Source of the DNA: Minutocellus sp. GHC0000111
Taxonomy: Eukaryota
Assembly (NCBI GenBank): GCA_977018835.1
Contig: OZ361261.1
Coordinates: 1,798,001-1,862,000 of the forward strand
DNA length: 64,000 nt
Direction: 5' to 3'
Position 1 is the first letter of the stretch. Each line of letters starts with the position of its first letter. The notes under the pieces are model-generated. The model was not told the origin of the DNA, made no database searches, and saw nothing but the letters and a program-made list of their open reading frames with translations. This document shows positions 36,276 through 47,726 of this stretch, in pieces. A program made the position numbers and the translations under genes.

Positions 36276-36998
36276 TTAGCTCTTGCTTCCACCAAGAAGA
36301 TTCTGGAGGGCCTCCATACCCTCCTTGTTGCCACCGGCCATCCGCGCGGCCGCCAACTTGGATCGGTTGTCCACCACCGTAAATACCCGACCGTTGGCCT
36401 TGTCCTGCACCAGCACATACACAAACTCTCCCGAGGGCATGTCGGACGATACCTCGGCAAAAACGAATGCCTTGCCGAACTTGCCCTCGAGGTTGAACCG
36501 AACCCTCGTCCGCTTGCTCCCATCCTCCTTGTCGGTGTACTCGGTATGCTCGATGAAGTTCCGCCGCCCCTCCCGATGTCCCCCGTGATCCCGCCCGTAG
36601 GCCTTGAGGGGTTCGCCGAATCGTCGCGACACTTCGCCGTTGGCCCGGATCAGTTCGGTGGCCCTGTCGAATACGGCGTTGGGACTCATCTTGGTGGGGA
36701 GGAGTTCCTTCCCGATGTAGTACGCGCAGGCCGTGGCGAAGCAGAAGATGCCCGCCCACATGGTCAGACGGGTACCAGCGACGACCTTTTGGCCGGGGGT
36801 GAGGACAATCTCGTGTTTGGCATCGTCTCCTCCTTCGGCACCTTCGGCACCACCCTTCGCATCGGCCTTCTTGTCGCCTTCGCCACCGGCATTCGAGCTG
36901 AGAGATCGGGCAGCCAGGCTGTTCAGACCATAAACGGCGGGGACGGCCGTCACCTGAAAGCGGGTGGAGGACTGGAGGTGGGAGAGGCCGGGGATCAC
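36276..36998 (-). CDS. TIM21: Mitochondrial import protein Tim21 (start not resolved)
   Basis: Single TM followed by SPNAVFD...FGEPLKAYG...RR...RVRFNLEG. Confidence 0.85.
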   Translation of the reverse strand: MIPGLSHLQSSTRFQVTAVPAVYGLNSLAARSLSSNAGGEGDKKADAKGGAEGAEGGDDAKHEIVLTPGQKVVAGTRLTMWAGIFCFATACAYYIGKELLPTKMSPNAVFDRATELIRANGEVSRRFGEPLKAYGRDHGGHREGRRNFIEHTEYTDKEDGSKRTRVRFNLEGKFGKAFVFAEVSSDMPSGEFVYVLVQDKANGRVFTVVDNRSKLAAARMAGGNKEGMEALQNLLGGSKS

Positions 36999-37805
36999 TC
37001 GTGCGGTTATGGCGGAGGAGGATGAATAGGTGCCGATCAGTCTCTGGGGAATTTTCGCTGCGCCTTTTGCGGATTCGCGGTGAGGGACCTACCCGCTATT
37101 GTTCGCTCCAAGCAAGTTTCTTTCGAGATCTGAGATGATCGATCGATCTGGGATTTTTCACTGCCGACGGACGGACCAAATCTAAAAAATTGCCCGACGA
37201 CGAGCAGAACAAATAAAACCCGTCAAAAAATTACAGGCGTGGCCGGCGCGGCGCGGATGGGTGGCGGGCGCGGCAAAAATGTTCTCATCGTCATATTTGC
37301 CAGCTTTGTGGTGGTATCGGACGAGAGAGGAGGTGCTTGCTGCTGCTACGAGCGAAGTAAAGCAGAAGGTATCTTGTCAAGTGGTGCGTGGCAACCGTTT
37401 CGGTAGCGGTGTGGCATTTTCGAGCACGAAATCAAAAAGCAGCACATAAAAATTCCAGTGATTTTCGGGCAACACTTTCCCTTGGCGGGTCTTCGCTTGG
37501 CGAGCTGATAAGGAATGGTGGCGGTAACTAAGACAGGTGCTGCCGGCACTACCGACGCTTCATCCAAATCAAACATCCCTACCTCTGCCCCATCGGCTCT
37601 TTATGGTGCGGTTGCAGAGTCATCTTCGCTAAGTCCTTCCGGCGGTGGTCGGAGCATGAAATAATACGATAGTCCTGGCATAGCACATAACGCGCCGATA
37701 ACGCACGCGGTACAGCCACAGCCACGACCGAAGAATGCAAAGGCAGAACCTGCTGCTGCCAGCGGACTCAATAACAGCGGCAGCATCAACAATAAGCATC
37801 GCACG

Positions 37806-40800
37806 ATGGGACGGCGAAAAGGAGGTGCCAATATGCGGCAGTCCAACCCCAAGCTGAGCCGGGCCGTGCGATTTTTGACCAACCCGTCGGTCGTCCATTT
37901 GCCCCTCGACGACAAGATTGGCTACCTTCGCAGCAAGGGATTGACTACCGAAGAAGTGGACGAGGCTTTGAGGATGGTTGAATTGGAGGAAAGTGAAGAG
38001 ATGGACGGTGCGTGGGATGATAATGAAAACGAAGAAAGTGACGATGATTTCGATAATTATGATCGGCAGCATCGGAATCGGAGCCACGATCGGAGCCTGA
38101 GGCGCCAGAGGGGGCAGTATGCCAACGAGTATGGACGAGGTCCGCCTTATCAGCAGCAGCAGCAGATTACGCCCTATGCGGACAATAATCAGGCCATGCA
38201 GCCGTACCAGCAACAAACATCACCACACCAGCAGCAGGTCCTGGCGGAACCCGGCCTGGCCCTGCCCCTGACGGTGGGCGGCATTCTGGGAGTGACGGCC
38301 ATCGCGGCCTTTCGGTGGCTCAACGGCGGTGACTTTGTGCTGTTTCCGCCACCTTCGGCTCCGTCGTTGGCGCAAGATGAAAGTCTTAAAAACACCGCAG
38401 CTGTTGGGAGCGTCAAGTTCAAAGCTGGAGGTGCTGGACAAGCGACGGCTGCTACCGTCAACGAAACCACCGTCGATTCCACCATCGAGGAAGGATATGA
38501 AGAGGAAGAGGGTGGTGATGCAGCAACTGAACTGGAGCAAGAAGTGGATCACACCACCAATGAGCAAGATGAGACCATCTACGACTACCTCGACGAATAT
38601 CTTGGCAATGGGGAGGAAGAGGGTGATGTGGCGGGCAATGGAGGAGGAGGTGGTGCTGCCACCATGGCCAACGATACGACGTACGATGAGGATGAACGCT
38701 ACCATACAGCCGACTATACCTATGAGAGTACGGGTGTCGAACCTACAAGTAGCACTCCACCGGATATAGCCAATCGCCTTGAAAACCTCACGTCGGCGGT
38801 GGAAAAGTTTGTGGCGGTGCAGGAACGGACTCTCAAGGCCAAGGCCGACGAGAAGGGACAGGCCGTTACCAACTCGGCGATGGACCTGCTCCGCCGGTCG
38901 TCGTCGGTGACCATGTCGACGCCGGCGGTGACGCCGTATCGGAATGCTGAGATTCGGCTGCAGCCACAGGGTACTCCTCGCAGTATCGGCGGGGACAGCG
39001 ACGGGTCGGTGCCGGACGTTGCCGTAGCCGTGCTCGTAACGAAGCTCAAGTGTCAGCTGATTGGTGTGCGTGAGGCCATCAAGGACGCCGCCAAATCGGA
39101 CAATGGCAGCACCAGTATGGACCGAGCCGTCGAAAAATTGGACGAGGTGACAACAACCTTTGAGCGTTTGGAGACGATGCTGCTGGGTGGGAAGCAAGTT
39201 TCCGACTACGAGACGGCTGAACTGCCAGTAGCGGCCAACGTGGCCAGTATGTACGAAACGCCCAGTCGAATGTTCGAGACCGGGGAACTCAGCCCTGTAC
39301 CTGGTTGTAAGGATGGTGACGACCCTGAAGTCACAGATTTGGACGTGACTTTAGATATGGAAATGAGCCCGGAAAGATCCGTCTTTGGCAAGGAGGAAGA
39401 GCAGAATGCTGTCGCTGCGGCAGCTGCTGCCGTAGCTGCCCAGGGTCGAGCGTTGAAACCACCAACCTTCGAAGTTGAAGATCTTGGACCTACACCCGAA
39501 GAACCAATAGGTAGGGAAGCCTTCTCCCGCGCGATTGATATTTTGACAAATCCTGTGAAGAATCAGGCCGATACTATCAAGGCATGCGCTCAGATGCTTT
39601 ACCTGTACGTCGTCAACCTGTCCTCCAACGCATCATCCAAGCGTTATCGACGAGTTTACACCACAAATGCCAACTTCAAAAACAAAGTCGGCTCCATCTC
39701 CGGTGGGATCACAGTACTGGAAAGCCTCGGCTTCGTTGATAAGGGTTCCTATATGGAGTGGGAAGGTGACCTGAACATTCCTGAGGGCACCGATGATCAA
39801 GACTTTGGTATTGCTCTCCTAAATCATGCAGCCGCTCAACTGAGCGTGCTCAAGGTGACGGGTACAAGGGGAGATACAAGTCAAAGTGCTCCATTTGGTC
39901 GGCACTTGACGCAAACTCCAAAACAACGCTGCGAGACTCCAGCTCCACCCGGAGCTCCTCCGAGGCCAACCACTATCAACAATTCCGATTCCGCTGGCTC
40001 GGCCTCCGCTGGATCTGTGGCCACAGCGAGTACAAATGCAGCAATGTCCGTCGCGTCACCGTCCGGGTTTGTTACGCCAAGAATGCGCAACGACGGCAAT
40101 GATCGCTTTCTCGCGTCACCTGCGGATTGTTTGGCCTCCACCAATATTCTTGCGTCGCCTCCAGTCATCAAGCAGATCCCCTCCCGTCAAGACGGCGCGG
40201 CTGATGAGCTGTTCGGGAAGGACCAAGAAGCAAAGGTCCAGGAAACGCAGCAAGAAGGTCTTCGCTTTCCCCCGGCCCCGTCTCCGGCACGGCCTTCTCG
40301 AACCGGCCGAAAGACTCCTGCCGCCGATGAAGCCGACGGCGGGATCTTCCGAACTACTAGGAAGATATTACCTCCCCGTGCTCCCAGTAGGGGGCCAACA
40401 GCGGACATCGCAAGTGACTTCGACTCGATGTTTTGCCTTGAGAATAATGGAAGTGCCTTCATGCGCAGGGCTGGATCGAACATGTCCGCCCAAAGTGAGC
40501 CCAATTTTGATGCCGGCGGACTCGGCGTCAGTCTCACTCTCCGGCGATCACCAACGGATGACGCAGCCTTTGCTCAGCGTCGTAATTCGGATCCATTTGC
40601 GTCGCGTACAGGTGAAAGCAAGGTATCGAGCGCCCCAGCATCACAGTCTCACTCTCCCACAAAAGACCAGGGGAAGCCAATGTACTTCAACCTTGCAGAT
40701 ATGGCGGTCAATAGCGAGGACAGAAATATCCAATCACCTGGTGCTAGTGTTGAATCGCCCAATACTCTCGATTATACCGCAAGTCCTTTGAACACCTCGC

Positions 40801-40895
40801 TTCTATCGGGATGTCCAGACGATGCCACCGAGGCGGGTAGCACTGCTTACATAACAGAAGTCGGCATGACGCCGGCCAGGGCATACAATTCATAA
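37806..40895 (+). CDS. PEX14: Pex14 N-terminal domain protein with a PUB domain
   Basis: AVRFLTNPSV...KIGYLRSKGLTTEEVDEAL, a TM segment, and PUB-like YVVNL...KRYRRV...NANFKNKV...LESLGF. Confidence 0.75.
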   Translation: MGRRKGGANMRQSNPKLSRAVRFLTNPSVVHLPLDDKIGYLRSKGLTTEEVDEALRMVELEESEEMDGAWDDNENEESDDDFDNYDRQHRNRSHDRSLRRQRGQYANEYGRGPPYQQQQQITPYADNNQAMQPYQQQTSPHQQQVLAEPGLALPLTVGGILGVTAIAAFRWLNGGDFVLFPPPSAPSLAQDESLKNTAAVGSVKFKAGGAGQATAATVNETTVDSTIEEGYEEEEGGDAATELEQEVDHTTNEQDETIYDYLDEYLGNGEEEGDVAGNGGGGGAATMANDTTYDEDERYHTADYTYESTGVEPTSSTPPDIANRLENLTSAVEKFVAVQERTLKAKADEKGQAVTNSAMDLLRRSSSVTMSTPAVTPYRNAEIRLQPQGTPRSIGGDSDGSVPDVAVAVLVTKLKCQLIGVREAIKDAAKSDNGSTSMDRAVEKLDEVTTTFERLETMLLGGKQVSDYETAELPVAANVASMYETPSRMFETGELSPVPGCKDGDDPEVTDLDVTLDMEMSPERSVFGKEEEQNAVAAAAAAVAAQGRALKPPTFEVEDLGPTPEEPIGREAFSRAIDILTNPVKNQADTIKACAQMLYLYVVNLSSNASSKRYRRVYTTNANFKNKVGSISGGITVLESLGFVDKGSYMEWEGDLNIPEGTDDQDFGIALLNHAAAQLSVLKVTGTRGDTSQSAPFGRHLTQTPKQRCETPAPPGAPPRPTTINNSDSAGSASAGSVATASTNAAMSVASPSGFVTPRMRNDGNDRFLASPADCLASTNILASPPVIKQIPSRQDGAADELFGKDQEAKVQETQQEGLRFPPAPSPARPSRTGRKTPAADEADGGIFRTTRKILPPRAPSRGPTADIASDFDSMFCLENNGSAFMRRAGSNMSAQSEPNFDAGGLGVSLTLRRSPTDDAAFAQRRNSDPFASRTGESKVSSAPASQSHSPTKDQGKPMYFNLADMAVNSEDRNIQSPGASVESPNTLDYTASPLNTSLLSGCPDDATEAGSTAYITEVGMTPARAYNS

Positions 40896-40952
40896 GCATA
40901 TCATGAGATCATGCAGCTAAGTTACTTACTTAAGCTAATTATTCAATGCGAA

Positions 40953-42348
40953 CTATTCTTCACTCTTTTGTAGCTTCTTCTTTTTCTTCTTTTCGGCTTC
41001 GTCGAGCGCTCTCTCCTTCTCAATACAGTACTCCTGATACTGCACTGCCCAATCCTCAGCACTGTCGTCATGCACTGCTTTCTCGCCATCGGTTTCCTTC
41101 ACGTCTGTTTCCTCTTTGGCTGCAATCTTTGCTTCTTTTTCTGCAAGATATGCATAATACTCTTCCTCCCAGCCTCTATCGCTTGTCTCTTTTTCCTCTC
41201 CTTGCCTCTTCTGCACCATCTCTTGAGTTATTTCCATCACCTGCGAAGTAGATTCGATGCAAAGATTGGCCAAGAAATTCGAATTGGGTTAGCCAACAAC
41301 ATCACGGAAGTGCGCTTGCCTCCATAATCTCTTTTGATCCAAAATGACATCTTAAGGTTCCCATACCTGCTGTACTCCTTCATAGGGGGGCATGGACACT
41401 CCATACTTTTCTGCTATCGCTGGCGGTAAGAATCGACCACCCACAAAATGCCGGCCTGTGAATTTCTTGCTGCTAAGCTTTGGCGACGTGAGGCTGATGA
41501 GAACATCTGGCATAAAACCAGTACCACCATCGCCGCCGTTGACGTCCCACCCACTGGGAACGTCGACGCTGATGATGGACGTGCCACTGCCATCTCCCTT
41601 GCCTTGCGAGGCGCAAGGCAATCATATCCGCGATGATGGACGCGAAAGGTTCGCGAATGCCTCCTTCACCCTTGAAACTGAAGCCGAATATAGCATCCAC
41701 AATGGCCGCGTAGTTGCCCTCCTTGGCATCCGATGGCATCTCTTCTAGAATCGTGACGCCCACATCCTCCATTTGTTTGACCAAATTGACAAAATGTTGC
41801 TTCTTGGATTGCTTGGAATAAACGACGGTGCAATCATAGCCAAATAATGTGAGGTGTCGGGCTGCCACCAGGCCATCTCCGCCATTGTTTCCTGGTCCGC
41901 ACACGAGAAGTATCTTCTTTTTGTCCTTGCTAGCACTGTTGGGTGGAACGACAGCGTAGACCGCCTCGGCTACAGCCAGACCGGCCAGCTCCATGAGCTG
42001 CTCCAATGAGAAGCCTGGAGTGCTCATAAGTTCGCAATCAAGATCATACGAGTCTTTTGCATTGAGATACCCTGTGATATTGGTCAGATCGACGGCACCG
42101 GGCACTACAGCCAATGACTCTTGGTCGGCAGTATCGCTCATGGCAAGCTGGTTGGTGGCTGACGAATGTGCTCGCTGCGATTCGCAGAAAGATATGCCGT
42201 TTGTTGTCGATGACGATGTGCTGGGCGAACAAGATGGGGAGGCCCAAGCGGCAGCTGTGATGGATGCGAGACCGGCGAGGCTTCCTCGACCACCCTGAAC
42301 GAGACGGGAGGCGTGCAGAAAGGCTAGGCGGCCGGCGGCGATTTTCAT
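40953..42348 (-). CDS. NAXE: NAD(P)H-hydrate epimerase (YjeF_N); intron 41241-41366; frameshift near 41610
   Basis: QLMELAG, CGPGNNGGDGLVAARHL, VDAIFGFSF, SVDVPSGWDV and SLTSPK. Confidence 0.9.
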
Positions 42349-42429
42349 CTCGGTGGATGGGGGGTTATGGGTTGTGATGATGAGCGCTGGGCGCTGGTGC
42401 GCTGGTTTGGTCTGGTGGCGATGATAGCG

Positions 42430-43174
42430 GGTTGCGGGAAATGAGGCATCGACGAAGAGTATGCAGGCACAAAACCTGACATCCCTGAAGATGCGCCCGT
42501 CGTCTCAACTCAACCAGCTAAGGCATGTGCTTTCGATTTCAGGAAACCATGAACTAGAAAGTGAAAAGGAGTTGGATCTCGGCATGTGTTGCCAGTTTCT
42601 GGCTCAACATGCGAGTCCTCAGCTCCGGGATTTAGGGTGGGCGGGTTAATTCTGTTCTGCTCCCCTTTTTTCACTGCTGCTGCCAGCAGCTCTGCGAGCT
42701 CGAAAGAGACACCAAACTGAGGGATTGGTGTCCATGCAGCTTGCTCACCGACCAATTTCCGGGTTCTCCAAGCTTTCCTTCACCTCATGACGAGACGAAT
42801 AGCAGACTGTGAAACGATGTCGGTAAATCCTGCTGGGTCTCGTAGATCTTCCTTCTCGGTCTGGTTGTGCCATTTGCACAACCCACCTGCGCACTGCCAG
42901 CTAGCTGACATGACAGACATCATCACCATCGGGTCTCTTGTTCACACATTTTGCCTTGTTCCCTGTTCTTGCACTTTTCTCGCAAAAGTAAGGTGGCGGC
43001 GGACACGGCTGAGACGAAGAGGACAGCGAGGGCAGTGCAGGACTTCATGGTTGGCATGCTCTAGACTCTGCGTAGCTAGAGAGCAAGTGTGGTTTCGAGT
43101 AAGTTTGCCCGATGGTGCCATGGCGCGGGTTACGGTTGCGGGAAATGAGACATCGACGAAGAGTATGCAGGCAC
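42430..43174. repeat. 41-bp direct repeat (42430-42470 / 43134-43174) bracketing a block that contains a copy of 44856-44972
   Basis: GGTTGCGGGAAATGAG(G/A)CATCGACGAAGAGTATGCAGGCAC occurs twice; 42873-42996 matches 44856-44972. Confidence 0.9.
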
Positions 43175-43187
43175 TGGAGATGGAAAG

Positions 43188-43718
43188 ATGCCTTCTCGCG
43201 AAAGATACCTTTCTCGCGTGAACGCCTCCATTGCCGATAATGCAGTGTCCTTCTCCATGAACACCAATTGGATGGAGGTCCCGCAGGTGACCCAACCCGA
43301 TCGCAAGATTGTGGCTCTCGTCGACGGCAAGGTCGGTGAGATGTTTGCCAGTGACCTTCTGGCTACCATGACAGTTCCATCCAAACTTAAGAAGGGTAAG
43401 ACGGTCCCAGTCCTTCAAGGCACGGTCATGGTCGACGGTGTTGTTCATGCCCAGACTCCCAAGGGATATGAGCTCGAAGCCAAGGAACAGCTAGATGAGC
43501 TACTGGGTCTCCAGCATCTCGGTCTGCAGGAGAAACTGTCGGAGGAGCAATTCCAGTCTGCATGGAAATCCATTGCCAAGGCATTCGATGCCGAATATGT
43601 TCAGCAAGCGGAAGGCGACGAGTTGGTCCTTCCTACGATGAAGATGGACGACGACGAGATGACTTGGAGTGCCCATGACGATAGCGAAATCCTGGGCATG
43701 GACGCATCATCGAAGTAG
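43188..43718 (+). CDS. Hypothetical protein fragment
   Basis: Protein-like ORF from ~43220; 5' end joins the repeat block; no family recognised. Confidence 0.35.
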   Translation: MPSRERYLSRVNASIADNAVSFSMNTNWMEVPQVTQPDRKIVALVDGKVGEMFASDLLATMTVPSKLKKGKTVPVLQGTVMVDGVVHAQTPKGYELEAKEQLDELLGLQHLGLQEKLSEEQFQSAWKSIAKAFDAEYVQQAEGDELVLPTMKMDDDEMTWSAHDDSEILGMDASSK

Positions 43719-43975
43719 CAGCGGCTCGGGCAATTAGCGATGTTGAGCCAGAACCCCCTCCAGCAGCACCAAATCCTACGACCACGCCCCCTAACAGAAC
43801 ACTCGGCAGCGTCATGTTCCTCCTCGACTCTCGGGTAGACGGAGAAAACGGTGTTATAGATTGAAAAAAATATAGCACTGTGTATTTTTATTCGATTATA
43901 GATTATTTACCATGGTAAAAACATGTAATGGTAACGTAAAAGCATGTAATCATCATGCTCAAATAAATGAACACA

Positions 43976-44568
43976 TCATTCTTCATGCGTGTTTATTGGT
44001 CGGTTATCGCCACCGGAATATAACACCAAAACGCCCAAAGAGTACAAAAGTGACGATGCAAACAATATCCACTTCAATTTGCACGCATTACTTCCAATGG
44101 CCAATGGCACTACGCTGAGATTATCAGGAGCGATATCCATTGCCATGTCTAGCACGATATTTTCGATTATGTCAAAGACCATTACTGCTGGAGCGGCCCA
44201 AGCGATACTGTCACTGGTCCCTCTCTTCCTCGAGGCTCGAACCAAGAGCATGCCGAGAAGTAGCGCATAACATATCATGTAGGGAAAGTTCTCCCAGCGA
44301 GATATATCATTGTAGGCATCCCGTCCTTCCTCTCCAAGCCCGTCAAAGTAGGTGCCCAGCAAGTCTGGGGATGAGAAAATCCAAACCACGTATCTGGAAT
44401 GTCACCAAATGCCATTATATCTTTTGGGAGAGTTGCAGGATCGACATGTTTCTGAACCCTGGGAAGCTTCACAGCAAACATTACACCATCACTGAAAAGA
44501 TTTGCCAACACGACGAGGGTTGTCAGCTGGGTCGAATCCGCGATAGATCGAAATAGAGTGAGGAGCAT
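43976..44568 (-). CDS. Conserved membrane protein, frameshift near 44375
   Basis: IPDTWFGFS continues as PDLLGTYFDGLGEEGRDAY...FDIIEN...KW in another frame; about 4 TM segments. Confidence 0.65.
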
Positions 44569-44759
44569 TTTCTTCTGGTATTCTGGTTCTGCAGGCAAAC
44601 GGCAAACTTAGAGCATGCTGTATCAGACTTCGTGAATAGATGATCAAGTCCAGGGATGAAAGGAGCGTCGGTTGATCGATGCGAAGATCCGAGCGAGATG
44701 CAAAGAAAGGCGTTGCATGATGCTTGAGTTGTGATCTGTTCACTGTAGACTCATTCGAC

Positions 44760-45100
44760 TCATAAAAATGAAAAAAGACGATGCCCGCGCGCGGCCGGCG
44801 AAGGCGAGGAGAGCAGTGCGAGGCATGGACAATTGCATTGTGTACACGTAGAATCTTTGCACAACCCACCTGCGCACTGCCAGCTGACATGACAGGTGTC
44901 ACCATCGGGTCTCTTGTTCACACATTTTGCCTTGTTCCCTGTTCTTGCACTTTTCTCGCAAAAGCAAGGTGGTGTCTTCTCCTGTCTGCACCCGGAAACA
45001 TAGTACTGACACGCTTCGCAGTTGCTCTCATGTTCTTTCCACACGCAAAAGTCATTGTTGCATGAATCAACAAGTAAATGCTTCGAAATCGACACAATCT
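44760..45100 (-). pseudogene. Cys-rich extracellular-domain fragment
   Basis: CFCEKS...KCVNKRPDGDTCHVSWQCAGGLCK; partly duplicated at 42873-42996. Confidence 0.4.
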
Positions 45101-45548
45101 CCAAGGCAGAGCACGAAGAAGTTGAACAAGCCAATCAGGAAGCTTGTGAAGAAATGCGAAGTGAAGCAAGGGATCATTTCATCGAATATTCGAAGGAAGA
45201 GGGCACGTACAATGATAATTGGTATTAGATTTATTGTCTCGGCCTGTACCTAGCTAGGTGCTGGTGCGTAGGAAATACTACGTAGTGAGAAAATTTTCTA
45301 TTCCATACATGTAATCTCATTGTGTGAACACGCAGCTCATGGTACCGTTCGTCTCGAGTAGATAGATCTGGCGCCACATGGAACTCTACAAACTAGATCT
45401 ACGTAGACACTAACTATTGTTTAACTTCTGTTTTTAAATTAAATCATCGATCTGCAAATAATGACGAATGAATTCTAATAATAAATCAAAAGACGCTTGT
45501 TAGCCCGTTAACAATACACACATTTGTTTTTGAAAAAGGTGGCGGGAG

Positions 45549-47223
45549 TTAGTGGGTGGTGGTGGTGACCTTGCCGAGCATCTTAAGACGGTTGGAGTCC
45601 ATGACGGCGATACGGCCAAGGGCGGCGCACTCGGCGAAGGGCTCGAGGAAGAGGGGAGCGGTGGGCTCGAACTCGACCTCGGCGGACTCGAACTGGGAGA
45701 GCTCGGGGGGGTTCTCGACCTTGGCACCGCCGGTCTTCTTGGACTGCTTCCAGAGGATCTTGGTCATCTTGCAGGCGACCTTGGCGGTACGGGAGAAGAT
45801 GATGGGGCAGTAGCCGGGCTTGAGGACACCGGGGTGCTCCTGGACGACGACCATGGCGGCGAAGGTCTTGACGGGCTGGCAGACACCCTCGGACTCCTTG
45901 TAGATGATGTCACCGGGGGAGATCTTCTCGTCCTTGGTGACGCCCTTGATGGACATACCGACGGAGTTACCGGGGCCGGCAGACTCGAGGACCTTCTTGT
46001 GCTGCTCGATGGAGAACATCTTCTTGCCGGTGAGGCCAGCGGGGGTGATGCCGATGACATCACCGGGCTTGAGGGTACCCTGCTCGATGGTACCGGCGAT
46101 GATCTGACCAACACCCTTGATGTTGTAGACGTTGGAGACGGGGAGACGGAGGGCCTTGTCGGGGAAGCGCTCAGGGGGGACGATGAAGTTGTTGAGGGCA
46201 TCGAGGAGGGTGAAGCCGGTGAACTTCTGCTTGGGGCCACGGTTGGCCTCCCATCCCTTGTACCAGGCGGCCTTGTCGGACTTCTCGACGAGGTTGTCGC
46301 CGTTGAAGCCGGAGTAGGGGATGAAGGGGACCTTCTTGGGCTTGAAGCCGATCATCTGGAGCATCTTAACGAACTCGTCCTTGATCTCGTTGAAACGGCC
46401 CTCGTCCCAGCCGCAGGAGTCCATCTTGTTGATACCAACGATGATCTGCTCGACACCGAGGAGGTAGAGGAGACGGGCGTGCTGGCGGGTCTGGCCCTCC
46501 TCAACACCGAGCTTGGCATCGGCCTTGGCGATGGCAGCCTCGAAACCACCCTTCTCGGCGGGGACAAGAAGAAGACCGACATCGGCGGTGGCGGATCCGG
46601 TGATCATGTTCTTGATGTAATCCTGTGATGCGGGAGTAGGGTGAATATCGGGTTGGTCATTGGTACCGGAAAAGGAAACAAATTATAGTAAAGAGAAATG
46701 CGGAACGCAAAAATCACATCTTGTGCTGGAAATTTGGAACCGACCGCCGCAGCAAACGACCGCCAACACCACAGCCAACGATTGCACATGTGTGCAGGAA
46801 GCATTTGGTGTGGTTGGTGGTTCCTATGGGGTCGGCTCCGGACCAAGAGGTCGCCTCCACGATTGGTATTTCTAATAGGTTATTATGCATGACGACCACG
46901 AGCGAAAACAATTATGGGCAAAATATTGTGCTTACCTTGTGGCCGGGGGCATCGACAATGGTGTAGTGGTACTTCTCAGTGTAGAACTCCTTGGTGTTGC
47001 ACTGGATGGTGACACCACGCTCACGCTCCTCCTTGCAGGTATCAAGGAAGTAGGCGAAGCCGAACGAGGCCTTGCCCATCTCCTCGGCCTTCTCCTGGAG
47101 CTTGGACATCTCACGCTCGGGGATGCCGCCGCACTTGAAGATCAAGTGACCGCAGGTGGTGGACTTACCGGCATCGACGTGGCCGCAGACAACGAGGGAG
47201 AGATGTTCCTTACCGTCAGACAT
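45549..47223 (-). CDS. EFL: Elongation factor-like GTPase EFL; intron 46623-46935
   Basis: [37 protein letters not shown] (EFL-type rather than EF-1alpha), NKMD and GRIAVMDS; extreme codon bias. Confidence 0.93.
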
Positions 47224-47726
47224 GGTTGGGTAGAAGTTTTTTCGGTGGATGTAGAATTGCAGATCAATGAAAAAAGTGAGACCGCGGAAATCCGGTGGAG
47301 GAGCGAGAGCGAGCGAAGATTCCTCGCATGGCGTGGTGCGGTTCGTGCGACGTGCGGCGGCGAAGTCCGGGTCCCACAAGTGGGCAAGCAACAACACGGG
47401 TGGCGTGGTCCTCGTGGATGAGATCGTCTTTCCGTCTCCCGTCCCTAACACGTCACTCCGCCGTGTTGAGTGCGGCATCGACTTGGAGTACACGAGCGAT
47501 TATAGGAGTCGAGTTAGTCAATAATGAACAACGAATGAATCAACCTCTCCGAACGAATGCCAATAACAGCCTTATAAAGGTGCCTTGCAAGATGGATTGT
47601 AATTCAGCGGAGTAAGTCAAATATAGGTCCTATTTTCAATGTAAAATCTTCGATCCCTAGCAATTAAAATGCCCTTTCAGGTAGGTGATTTTCTTCTGCC
47701 ACCATCTCATCATTCAGGCATTCAGT

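Noticed and set aside
45552..46628. 358-aa plus-strand ORF opposite EFL (also 35085-35774 opposite RedCAP and 20906-22294 opposite DENN)
   Set aside because: Antisense shadows produced by strong codon bias and high GC
45549..47223. Canonical EF-1alpha
   Set aside because: Has the EFL-type [16 protein letters not shown] segment instead of ITIDIALWKFET
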